Assembly (NCBI GenBank): GCA_009772895.1
Contig: WOUP01000007.1
Coordinates: 129,798 to 193,797, forward strand
Source of the DNA: Puniceicoccaceae bacterium 5H
GTDB taxonomy: Bacteria > Verrucomicrobiota > Verrucomicrobiia > Opitutales > Oceanipulchritudinaceae
Reading direction: 5' to 3'
DNA: 64,000 nucleotides
Part shown: positions 8,620 through 16,917 of the stretch, in pieces
How positions within the stretch are numbered: position 1 is the first letter of the stretch
Layout: each line of letters begins with the position of its first letter
Position numbers and translations under genes: made by a program
The notes under the pieces: generated by a model
The model's input: only the letters and a program-made list of their open reading frames with translations
Told to the model about the DNA's origin: nothing
Database searches by the model: none

Positions 8620-9525
8620 ATGGAAAGCCACAGCTCAGTCGCGCATCGCTGGATCCGGTTTTCGCTGCTGGTGGGGCTCGTCACGCTGGCCGTCAAGGTC
8701 GTGGCCTATGGGATCTCCAACTCGGCGGCGATCCTCGGCGATGTGGCCGAGAGCGTGGTGCACATCGGGGCCGTGGCCTTTTCGCTCTACAGCGCGCACC
8801 TCGCGGCCAAACCCGCCGACAAGTCTCACCTCTACGGGCACGCCAAGATCGTGTTTTTTGCGGCGGGGGTGGAAGGCATGTTGGTGATGAGCGCGGCCAT
8901 CCTCACGGTGGTCAACGCCGTCTGGACCTTTACGCAGGGGGCCGAATTGGGCCAATGGCAACTGGGCCTGCTCCTGAGCCTGGCCGCGGGCGGTGCCAAC
9001 GGCTTGTGGGGCCTCTGGCTCTGGCGCAAGGGCAAGAAGGCATCCAACTACCTGCTGGCGGCCCACGGTGAGCACCTGATGGCCGATGGGTGGACGAGCC
9101 TGGGCGCCGCGATCGGCCTGATCCTGGCGGGTATGACCGGCTGGCGTGGCTGGGATGCCCTGGCGGCCTGCCTCGTGGGCCTGCACGTGCTGTGGAGCGG
9201 CTTCAACCTCGTGCGCAGTAGCGTGGGTGGCTTGATGGATCGCGCGGAGCCGGAAGTGAACGAACGCGTGGTGGCGATCCTGCATGCGGAGGGCGAGCGC
9301 CTGGGCTTCACCTGGCACCGCTTGCGGCACCGTCCCCTGGGCGAAAGCTATTGGGTGGATGTGCACCTGCTCTTCGAAGACGAAATGACGCTGCGGGAGG
9401 CCCATCGCCGGGCGACGGAACTGGAGCGTGCGCTGCGGCGCGAGCTGGGCGAGGGCACCGAATTGAGCACCCACCTCGAGCCGCGCAAAGACCATGAGCG
9501 GCAACACCCGTCACAGCTAAAATAG
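8620..9525 (+). CDS. Cation diffusion facilitator (CDF) family metal efflux transporter
   Basis: 6 TM segments plus a cytoplasmic C-terminal domain (VDVHLLFEDEMTLREAHRRATELE). I placed the start at the internal ATG 8620 (MESHSS...), because the upstream extension from 8527 overlaps the promoter region and looks non-coding. Confidence 0.85.
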   Translation: MESHSSVAHRWIRFSLLVGLVTLAVKVVAYGISNSAAILGDVAESVVHIGAVAFSLYSAHLAAKPADKSHLYGHAKIVFFAAGVEGMLVMSAAILTVVNAVWTFTQGAELGQWQLGLLLSLAAGGANGLWGLWLWRKGKKASNYLLAAHGEHLMADGWTSLGAAIGLILAGMTGWRGWDALAACLVGLHVLWSGFNLVRSSVGGLMDRAEPEVNERVVAILHAEGERLGFTWHRLRHRPLGESYWVDVHLLFEDEMTLREAHRRATELERALRRELGEGTELSTHLEPRKDHERQHPSQLK

Positions 9526-9736
9526 GACGGCTCGCCCCCGACAGAAAGGACGAGCCGTCAGCCTAGAACAAGCGAGACAGGGCTTGTGACAAACGTAAGA
9601 TTGTGCTAACCGAATTTCGGAAAATCTCGTAGGCTTTATATTAGGGTGATGGGCCTTCCGAGTGGCAAAGATATTTTGCCTGCGTAAACATTTTCTGCCT
9701 AAGAAATTGTAAAAGTCTGGCTGCTAGGTTTGAGGC

Positions 9737-9766
9737 TTGACCTCGCTGCCGCTTTCGCCCAAGTAT
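9737..9766 (+). promoter_or_regulatory. Possible sigma70-type promoter for tRNA-Ala
   Basis: TTGACC (9737-9742), 18-nt spacer, AAGTAT (9761-9766), about 22 nt upstream of the tRNA 5' end. Weak -10 element; speculative. Confidence 0.25.
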
Positions 9767-9788
9767 TTCCTTTTCTGTTTGGAAATAC

Positions 9789-9864
9789 GGGGCTGTAGCT
9801 CAGTTGGAAGAGCGCTACAATCGCACTGTAGAGGTCGTCGGTTCGATTCCGATCAGCTCCACCA
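9789..9864 (+). tRNA. tRNA-Ala (anticodon CGC)
   Basis: 76 nt, GGGGCTGTAGCTCAGTTGG...GGTTCGATTCC...CAGCTCCACCA. Cloverleaf folds by hand. Anticodon loop AT-CGC-AC, G3:U70 alanine identity pair, encoded CCA. Confidence 0.95.
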
Positions 9865-9886
9865 AATCCACCGTATAGACGCTTAA

Positions 9887-9916
9887 AGCAGCCCCGTTGC
9901 CGTGGCTGCTTTTTTG
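9887..9916 (+). terminator. Intrinsic terminator after tRNA-Ala (shared with the convergent sulfotransferase gene)
   Basis: Stem agcagcc/ggctgct (9887-9893 / 9904-9910) followed by TTTTTT. Confidence 0.6.
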
Positions 9917-9941
9917 TTGGGTGGAAGGTCCGGCTTGGCGG

Positions 9942-11714
9942 TTAATCCAGTTCGTAACCGTACAGGGCCGCGGTGCGCCGGGTCGTGCGGTCGATCGCCG
10001 TCCGTTGCGCGTCGGAGAGCTTCGGCGCTTGCGTTGCCGGGCGGATGGCTTCCAGCCGCGGTTGCATGGAGGGCTGCCAGAGATCGTGTTCTTGCAGGAA
10101 GGGCTTGAGCTGGGTCTCCGGCGCCGCGCAGATGTCTTCATAGCGCAACACGTGGATCTGCTTTGCCAACTGGGGATCCGCCTGACGGATCTGCCACACG
10201 TAGCGGTAGATCGCCTCCCACTGCACGGCATAACCCGCGGCATCTTCGCCCTGGCTCCAGAGGTCGCGCGTTTCGCGGCCTACCTCGCCTCCCGGGAAGG
10301 GGTCGATGGGCTGCCGGTGCGGGCCAAACTCGAAGTGCCCGATATTCTTCATGTATTCCGGTACGCGCGGGTCGAGTTCGGCGTAGCGCACGAAGCGCTG
10401 ATGCTGCCGCATGAGCGAGTAGACGTGGGCGTGTGGGTGCCGGATGGGTACGATAAAGACGGCATCGGGGAAGAGCCGGGCCAGATAGGGGATGCGCGTT
10501 ACGTTGTAGTTGCCCTTCGAGAGGTAGCGCGTGCCCTGGCGCAACAAGAGGATCTTTTGCAGGTGCTCGCGGTAAAAGCGGTCAAACGCGGCGTTGCGGT
10601 CTTCCGGTGCCAGGCTGTGCTGGTGCCCCACCTCGTGCAAATGTGGAAAGAAGTGCATCCAGATGGGCTCTTCGAGCGCCTCGGGGCTGTCGGCCGTGAT
10701 GAAGATCCCGTCCTTGTGGGCTCGTTCGACCGGTTTGCTCTTGGCGGCGAAGCGACTGACGAAGCCGTTCCAGAGCAGTGGGGTCATCAAAAACGGGTAG
10801 TCGCGGTAGCAGTGGGCGGCGATGGAGGGGTGTTCCGCCACCAGCTCGAGCAGGAAGGTCGTTCCGGCGCGGGCGAGGCCGGTGATGAAGACGGGACGCT
10901 CGACATCCTTGCGCTGGAGCTTCCGGGCGCGCAAGCGGGTCTCGAGGTTGCCGATCGAGACGGCGGTGCCCGAAAAGGTGGTGTTGAGGCGGGCGAGTTC
11001 ATATTCCACGCCAGGCACGTCCATGCCTTCGGTCCCACTTTCCGCCGAGCTGTCCTTGGGCTTGAAGACCACGAACTGCAGGCACGAGCCCAGTGCCGCC
11101 ATGCCGTAGAAGACAAATTCCAGGCCGCTGATCCAGGGCCAGAAAACGTTCCAGCCGTGCGGTGCAGCCCGGATCACCAGCGGCCGGCCGGCCACATTGG
11201 CGAGCTCGGAGTCGACGTGGTGGGCGGGGATGATGGAGAGCCAGGCTGAAGGCTGCTCTGCCGAGTGCAGCACCAGCGGCACTTCTTCCCGCGGAAAGGT
11301 CGCCTCCTCCGTGCCCAGATCAACCGTCAGCGTATCGCCCTGGGGCGTAACGCGCGCTTCCGTCGCAGCTGGATAGACGGCGTATGCGGCAGACTCGGCC
11401 TCCGTCAGCGATACGACATGCAGGCCCAGCGTTGCCCCCAGCAGGATGAGCGGTCCGAAGGTGACGACGAGCGCCAGCAGGCTACGCCCGAGGTAGCCCA
11501 GCACCCGCCGCACCAGCCTCAGGTAGTGCTGGTGAAAGTTGTCGTCGTCGAGGCTCTGGAACAGCGTGCGCAGGTCGGCCAGCAAGCCCGTGAAAAAGGC
11601 CTTGATGACCGCCATCGGCAGCAGCGCAAACCACAGTCGCGGCAGGATCGAGCCGACGACGAGACCGGCAACCGCGGCGACGACCCAGATTGCGGGGCCC
11701 GCCCAGAAACTCAT
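9942..11714 (-). CDS. Membrane-anchored sulfotransferase
   Basis: N-terminal about 230 aa with several TM segments. C-terminal sulfotransferase domain with 5'-PSB loop ITGLARAGTTFLLEL and 3'-PB motif VPIRHPHAHVYSLM. Confidence 0.75.
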   Translation of the reverse strand: MSFWAGPAIWVVAAVAGLVVGSILPRLWFALLPMAVIKAFFTGLLADLRTLFQSLDDDNFHQHYLRLVRRVLGYLGRSLLALVVTFGPLILLGATLGLHVVSLTEAESAAYAVYPAATEARVTPQGDTLTVDLGTEEATFPREEVPLVLHSAEQPSAWLSIIPAHHVDSELANVAGRPLVIRAAPHGWNVFWPWISGLEFVFYGMAALGSCLQFVVFKPKDSSAESGTEGMDVPGVEYELARLNTTFSGTAVSIGNLETRLRARKLQRKDVERPVFITGLARAGTTFLLELVAEHPSIAAHCYRDYPFLMTPLLWNGFVSRFAAKSKPVERAHKDGIFITADSPEALEEPIWMHFFPHLHEVGHQHSLAPEDRNAAFDRFYREHLQKILLLRQGTRYLSKGNYNVTRIPYLARLFPDAVFIVPIRHPHAHVYSLMRQHQRFVRYAELDPRVPEYMKNIGHFEFGPHRQPIDPFPGGEVGRETRDLWSQGEDAAGYAVQWEAIYRYVWQIRQADPQLAKQIHVLRYEDICAAPETQLKPFLQEHDLWQPSMQPRLEAIRPATQAPKLSDAQRTAIDRTTRRTAALYGYELD

Positions 11715-11908
11715 TGCTTTGTCGAGGCTGGATCCGTCGCCGCTTGTTGTTCCTGCGCCTTCTTGTTTTTGAGGCGCTTACGAATGAACACCAGCGGGTA
11801 GAGAATCAGCCCGAGAAACGCGACCACGAGGCCGATGACGACGGCCACCAAGGTGCCCAGCAACCCGAGCCCTTGCCCAGGTCCGATATAAAGTAGGAGA
11901 GGATTCAT
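11711..11908 (-). CDS. Small membrane protein, translationally coupled to the sulfotransferase
   Basis: 65 aa, MNPLLLYIGPGQGLGLLGTLVAVVIGLVVAFLGLILYPLVF followed by a basic tail. Its stop overlaps the sulfotransferase ATG (ATGA, 4-nt overlap). Confidence 0.5.
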   Translation of the reverse strand: MNPLLLYIGPGQGLGLLGTLVAVVIGLVVAFLGLILYPLVFIRKRLKNKKAQEQQAATDPASTKQ

Positions 11909-12033
11909 GGCAGTGAAGCTTGACGCGCAGGATATAGCGTCCGCCGGATGGGCGGCCCGCCGATCTTCACCTACATCTACGAGACTTCACAATATCTTCT
12001 TAAGCCTCAGGCAGTGATTTCTGCTTCCTCTCC

Positions 12034-13674
12034 CTACAGTTGCTGCTCTGTCACCTCGTCGAGACGGGTGTTTTCGACGTGGCGGTTGCGGTAGGTTTCG
12101 AAGTCCTCTACGCGCTGGAGCAGGAAGCTGCCGTGGTCGGCGGGCGGGGCGTCGAAGCGCTCGAAGAGCACGTCGCAGGCGTCTTGCAGCACCACGAGCG
12201 GACGCTCGTCGGCAGCATCGAAGCGGTAGCGCAGGTTGCTCACGGTCAAGCCCTCGACGTGGTGGCCGTAGAGCACCGAGGCCGGGAGCAGGCCAAACAT
12301 GCTGGGCTCCGGGTAGGCCTTTTCGCGCAGGGGGACGGCGTAGGGCGTGCGGGGGCCCCGCACGCCGGCTTCATCACCGCGCAGGAAGAAGTGGTTCACG
12401 AGGTCGTCCGGTTGCTGGGCGACGTCTTCCATCGTGATGCCGCCGCGCGAGCGCACCTCGACGTTCTGGATCGTCAGCTCTTCGACCGGATGCTTGGGCA
12501 GGCCTGCGACGATGATGGGGAAGCGTCCGTCGGCGTTACCTACGGAAACGCCGTTGATCTGCACGCGACGAATGGCGCCCACGGGGGTGTCTTCGGGGCC
12601 GCGCGCGCGGTTGCCGAGGCGGACGAAGATGGGCGCGTTGGTCACCTCGTGCATGGCGATATTCGAGATCACCACATCTTCGATCGTGGAGCCGTCGACC
12701 GACTCGAGGGCCAGGCCCCGGGACCGGCGGAAGACGCAATTGCTGATCGTGATGTTGCGGAAGTCGCCGTTCGATTCGGTGCCCAGCTTGATGCGCCCGG
12801 TGGGGCCGTCGCGGTCGGGGGCGCGCTCGGTGGCGGTGCGGTAGGTGCCGTCGAGCACGGAGCCGACATCATAGCCACTGACGATACAGTTGGTGATGGT
12901 GATGTCTTCGCAGGCCTTGAGACCGCCAAGCGCGTAACTGGCCTTGAGCACGATGGCATCGTCCATGGGCGAATTCACGACGCAGTTGGCGATCCGCACA
13001 TTGCGGCAGGCGTCGATATCGAGGCCGTCGCGGTTGGTATCGATCGTGAGGCCGTCGATGGTAAAGTTGTCGACCCCGGTGGCGAGCAGGGCGAAGTGGC
13101 CGCCGTTGAGCATCGAAAAGTCGCTCAGGGTCACGTTCCGGCAATTCTTCAACGCGATGGCCTTGTTACCCTGGCCGGTGGGGTCGTCCTCCTCGTCCGC
13201 ATAGCTGGCGTGGCGGGTGAGTCCGGCGCCGTCGATCAGACCGGGGCCGGTGATGGTGACGTTGCGCAGGTCTTCGCCCCAGATGAGGCTGTTTTGCCAG
13301 TGGCTGTGCCCGAAGTCCTGGTAGCGCTTGTCCTGGCCCCACGGGTTGGGCTCGGGAGCGTCGTAGCGCCCCAGCTCATCGGACGGCGTGGCGGCCAGCA
13401 GCGTGGCGCCGGCGTCGAGGTAGAGCGTGATGTTGCTCTGCAGGCGGACGGAAAAGCTGAGGTAGGTGCCGGCGGGCAGGACTACCGTGCCGCCTCCGGC
13501 GCGGGTGGCCGCCTGGATGGCATCGTTGATGGCGGCCGAGTCGACGGTCTGGCCATCGCCCCGGGCGCCGTAGTCGCGCACGTTGAACTGAGTGGAAAAG
13601 AGGGTTTGCGTCATGACGATCAAGCAGAAAGCCAGCGGCCTGAGGAACGAAGCAGGGGCGGAGGGGGTAACCAT
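12034..13674 (-). CDS. Secreted right-handed beta-helix glycoside hydrolase (GH28-like, Pectate_lyase_3 N-terminus)
   Basis: FNVRDYGARGDGQTVDSAAINDAIQAA...GGTVVLPAGTYL; NRDGLDID and MDDAIVLK acidic motifs; GRIKLG. Start taken at the Met preceding a signal-like segment (MVTPSAPASFLRPLAFCLIVMTQTLFS). The track start 13746 is Arg/Pro-rich and unlikely. Confidence 0.75.
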   Translation of the reverse strand: MVTPSAPASFLRPLAFCLIVMTQTLFSTQFNVRDYGARGDGQTVDSAAINDAIQAATRAGGGTVVLPAGTYLSFSVRLQSNITLYLDAGATLLAATPSDELGRYDAPEPNPWGQDKRYQDFGHSHWQNSLIWGEDLRNVTITGPGLIDGAGLTRHASYADEEDDPTGQGNKAIALKNCRNVTLSDFSMLNGGHFALLATGVDNFTIDGLTIDTNRDGLDIDACRNVRIANCVVNSPMDDAIVLKASYALGGLKACEDITITNCIVSGYDVGSVLDGTYRTATERAPDRDGPTGRIKLGTESNGDFRNITISNCVFRRSRGLALESVDGSTIEDVVISNIAMHEVTNAPIFVRLGNRARGPEDTPVGAIRRVQINGVSVGNADGRFPIIVAGLPKHPVEELTIQNVEVRSRGGITMEDVAQQPDDLVNHFFLRGDEAGVRGPRTPYAVPLREKAYPEPSMFGLLPASVLYGHHVEGLTVSNLRYRFDAADERPLVVLQDACDVLFERFDAPPADHGSFLLQRVEDFETYRNRHVENTRLDEVTEQQL

Positions 13675-13781
13675 AGTCGGAGGGGGTGGCGGACGTTGGC
13701 GGCTCAGAATCCGCCGCCCTGCGCCGCGGTGTCGAGGCCCCCTCAATCGGACAGTTCGATCCGACTCGCCGGACCTAGGTC

Positions 13782-14999
13782 CTACACCCGGACGGCGCGC
13801 TGGGCATTCCAGGCGATGACGCCGCCCGCGAGCAACAGGATCAACAGGGCGCCGGACAGGCCGATACCGGCGCTGATGGCCGCGATGAGTGGCGGGCCGA
13901 TGAGAAAGCCGCCGAAGCCAAGCGTGGTGACGGTGGCGATGCCGGGGCCGGCTCCGGCGATGGGGTCCTTGCCCGCGGCGCTGAAGATGACCGGCACGAG
14001 GTTGGCCACGCCGAGCCCGAGCAGCACAAAGCCGCCCATGATGCCCGCCGGGTGCCCGATGGTGAGTCCGGTGCCGACCGCGAGCAGGATGCCGAGCGCG
14101 ACCATCGAGCCGCCGAGCCGCAGCACGTTGGCGGGGCCGAGCTTGCGGATGGCCCAGTCACCCGAAAAGCGGCCGGTCGTCATGGCCAGCGCGACGGCCG
14201 TGTAGCCCAGGGCGGCAAACGAATTGGAGGCGCCGCCAGCCTCGCGCAGGTAGACGGCGGCCCAGTCGGACATCACGCCTTCAGTGAACAGGGACAGGAT
14301 GGCGAGCGCGCCGAGGATGCGCAGGTGCGGACTGTCGCGCAGGGCGGAAAAGACGCCGGTGCTGGTGCCGCCGCCTGCCTTCTGCTCGGGGTTGCGATCG
14401 TCCACCAGGCGGCGGGGGGCAAAGACGCCGATCGCCGCAATGGCCCCCGCAACAACGATCAGCAGGGGAGTGATGAAGGCTTCCTCGCGCCCGACCACGG
14501 CGACGAGGCTGGAGCCCGTCAGGCCGCCGAGGCTCCAGCATGCCTGGCAAAAGGCGTTGAGCGGTCGCTGGCGGGCCTCCTCGAGTAGCACGGCCTGCGT
14601 GTTGGCCGAGACGTCGATCAGGCCCTTGGTCGCGCCGAACAGAAACGCCGCCAGCGTGAACAGCACCCCGTGACCGATGGCCGCCGTGCCCGCAACCAGG
14701 CACAGGGCGGAGGCAAAGGCGAAGCAGGCCGGGCCCCCGAGCGTCATGCTGCCCCGCCGGGCCGAAAAACTGCCTGCGAGCGGCATGCTGATAATCGCCC
14801 CGCAGACCAGCGCGAGCAGCGGGATGCCCAGCTGCGGCGTGGTAAAGCCGAGCTGTTGCTGGAAGTGCGGGATCAGCCCCGCCCAGACGCCGAAGCCGAT
14901 GCCGTCGGCCCCAAAGAGGGCGACCACGGGCCAGCGGCTCTGGCGGTTTTCACAGGCGGGTGCGCAAATTGAGGGTGCAGTCATGGCGGAGATCGGCAA
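13782..14999 (-). CDS. MFS transporter
   Basis: 405 aa, about 12 TM segments, Gly/Ala-rich helices, adjacent to the GH28-like gene. Confidence 0.8.
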   Translation of the reverse strand: MPISAMTAPSICAPACENRQSRWPVVALFGADGIGFGVWAGLIPHFQQQLGFTTPQLGIPLLALVCGAIISMPLAGSFSARRGSMTLGGPACFAFASALCLVAGTAAIGHGVLFTLAAFLFGATKGLIDVSANTQAVLLEEARQRPLNAFCQACWSLGGLTGSSLVAVVGREEAFITPLLIVVAGAIAAIGVFAPRRLVDDRNPEQKAGGGTSTGVFSALRDSPHLRILGALAILSLFTEGVMSDWAAVYLREAGGASNSFAALGYTAVALAMTTGRFSGDWAIRKLGPANVLRLGGSMVALGILLAVGTGLTIGHPAGIMGGFVLLGLGVANLVPVIFSAAGKDPIAGAGPGIATVTTLGFGGFLIGPPLIAAISAGIGLSGALLILLLAGGVIAWNAQRAVRV

Positions 15000-15146
15000 T
15001 CAATCGGCAAAAACGTGCAGAATCAAGCATGTTCACGCATTAAAATGCCGGTTTATGCCGAGGATCGCACGATTGTGCATTGCCTTGCCGTGGGATGCGC
15101 CTATGGTGAGAACGCTCCTTTAACCCCCCTTGCCCGTTATCCCGCT

Positions 15147-15911
15147 ATGCTGACTGCCGAACGTAAACGCATGATTCTCAATCTGCTGAAGGCCGAAGGT
15201 CAGGTGCAGGCCGACAAACTGGCCCGCCGCTTCAAGGTCTCGGAAGACACCATCCGCCGAGACCTGCGTCAACTGGCAAAGGAGGGGCTGCTGGAGCGCG
15301 TGCATGGAGGTGCGCTGTTGCGGCCTCCCGTCTGTGGCCTGTATGCCAAACGCGAACACCAGTCGCCGGATGCCAAGCGCGCGATCGGGGCGGCGACGGC
15401 GGCACTCTTCCAACGCGGGCAGACGGTGGCGATCGACGCGGGCACGACGCCGCTGGCCGTAGCCGAAGCGCTTTCCAATACACTGCCGCTTTCGGTGGTG
15501 ACGCACAGCCTGCCCGTCGGTCTGGCCTTGTGCGAACATCCAGCAGTGGAGGTGTTGATGCTGGGGGGCACTCTCTTCAAGCAGGCGCGTGCGTGCGCGG
15601 GCGCGGAGACGGTGGACGCCTATCGCCGGATTCACGCCGACTTCTGCGTGCTGGGGCTGGCGGGGTTGCACCCGGAGGCCGGTGCCACGACCTTCGACCC
15701 GGAGGAGGCGCTGGTAAAACGGGCGATGATCCAGAATGCGGGCGCGGTGGTGGCAGTGGCCGCCCCGGAAAAGCTGGGCACGATTGCGCCGCACCTGCTG
15801 GCCCCCGCTGATCGGTTGACGCATCTGGTGACGGGCCCGGCGCCGGAGGAGCAACTGGAGCCGTTTCGCACGCTCGGGGTCAACGTGATCGTCGCCGGAG
15901 CGGGTAACTGA
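15147..15911 (+). CDS. DeoR-family transcriptional regulator
   Basis: MLTAERKRMILNLLKAEGQVQADKLARRFKVSEDTIRRDLRQLAKEGLLERVHGGA HTH plus a DeoR C-terminal sugar-phosphate sensor domain. Start moved to ATG 15147. Confidence 0.85.
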   Translation: MLTAERKRMILNLLKAEGQVQADKLARRFKVSEDTIRRDLRQLAKEGLLERVHGGALLRPPVCGLYAKREHQSPDAKRAIGAATAALFQRGQTVAIDAGTTPLAVAEALSNTLPLSVVTHSLPVGLALCEHPAVEVLMLGGTLFKQARACAGAETVDAYRRIHADFCVLGLAGLHPEAGATTFDPEEALVKRAMIQNAGAVVAVAAPEKLGTIAPHLLAPADRLTHLVTGPAPEEQLEPFRTLGVNVIVAGAGN

Positions 15912-16142
15912 GGGGGCGTGCCCGTTAGTGATTGCAGCTCCGCAGGTTGGAGAGGATTGTTTTTACAATGAAGTGCCATTAAATTTCCGAATTCCCTTCA
16001 AATGCAGTTGCAACCGACGATAGAGTGATGGAAGTGACACACCCGTGTGGCCACACCGCTCGCCCCAGCCCGGAGTTGCTGGCCGACGGCTCTTAGATTT
16101 ATCTCCTCACGTATCGCGCCAATTTAGTCAGGACCGCCTCTC

Positions 16143-16727
16143 ATGAACATCCTCGTTGCCGAAGACGATTTCATCTCGCGCAAGCTGCTGACCAATATCC
16201 TGGAAGAGCTTGGGCACGAAGTGACTGCGGCCGAAGACGGCGAAGAAGCCTGGCGCCTCTACCAGACCGTCCCGACCCGCCTCGTCGTGAGCGACTGGCT
16301 GATGCCCAAGATGGACGGCATCGACCTGGTGAAGAAGATCCGCGGCCACCCGAAGTCCGACTACACCTACGTGATCATGCTCACGGCCAACGTCGGCCAG
16401 CGGGAGAACTACTTCAAGGCCATGGACGCCGGCGTGGACGACTTTCTGACCAAGCCGCTCGACCGTATCCAGCTCACCATCCGCCTCAAGGTGGCCGAGC
16501 GCATCCTGCGTGCGACCTCGCGCATCCACTCGCTCGAAAACGTGCTCACGATCTGCGCCTACACGAAGAAGATCAACTTCCCCGAAGAGGGCTGGCAGAC
16601 CATCGAAGAGTTCATGCAAAAGCACTTCGGCATCACCGTCTCGCACGGGATCGAACCGAATTATTACGAGCAGGTCATCAAGCCCCAGATCGAGCAACTC
16701 AAGGTTGCCCGCACCAACGACACCTGA
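16143..16727 (+). CDS. Response regulator (REC) with short C-terminal Cys-depleted ICxxCKKI-like module
   Basis: REC motifs ILVAEDD, VVSDWLMPKMDG, MLTAN, KP. C-terminus LTICAYTKKINFPEEGWQTIEEFMQKHFGITVSHGIEPNYY. Confidence 0.85.
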   Translation: MNILVAEDDFISRKLLTNILEELGHEVTAAEDGEEAWRLYQTVPTRLVVSDWLMPKMDGIDLVKKIRGHPKSDYTYVIMLTANVGQRENYFKAMDAGVDDFLTKPLDRIQLTIRLKVAERILRATSRIHSLENVLTICAYTKKINFPEEGWQTIEEFMQKHFGITVSHGIEPNYYEQVIKPQIEQLKVARTNDT

Positions 16728-16759
16728 CCGCAGCGCGTCGACAAAATGGCAGCACCCGC

Positions 16760-16792
16760 AGGCGTCGGCACAGGCTGACGCCTCGTTTGTGT
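16760..16792 (+). terminator. Possible intrinsic terminator after the response regulator
   Basis: Stem aggcgtc/gacgcct (16760-16766 / 16777-16783) followed by cgtttgtgt (interrupted U tract). Confidence 0.35.
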
Positions 16793-16917
16793 ACCGACGC
16801 AGGCGCGGGGCGGGGCGGAGGAGGAGGTATTGTTCACAGAAAAGGGCAGGCACAAAAAGGACAGGGCGTATATTCTTTCGGCTTTACCTTGTTAACGTTA
16901 TTTAAGATAACGGTATC

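Noticed and set aside
9526-9560. Hairpin gacggctcg...cgagccgtc after the CDF gene as an intrinsic terminator
   Set aside because: It has a 9-bp stem but a 16-nt loop, and no U tract follows. That is not convincing as a rho-independent terminator.
12040-14205. 721-aa plus-strand ORF opposite the GH28-like and MFS genes
   Set aside because: The opposite-strand frames have the pectate-lyase-fold N-terminal signature and an MFS TM pattern. This ORF is Gly/Ala/Val/Arg low-complexity.
9789-15911. tRNA-Ala as the integration site of a genomic island (sulfotransferase / GH28 / MFS / DeoR)
   Set aside because: There is no integrase, no visible direct repeat of the tRNA 3' end, and the genes have native GC and codon usage. 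It is treated as ordinary chromosome.
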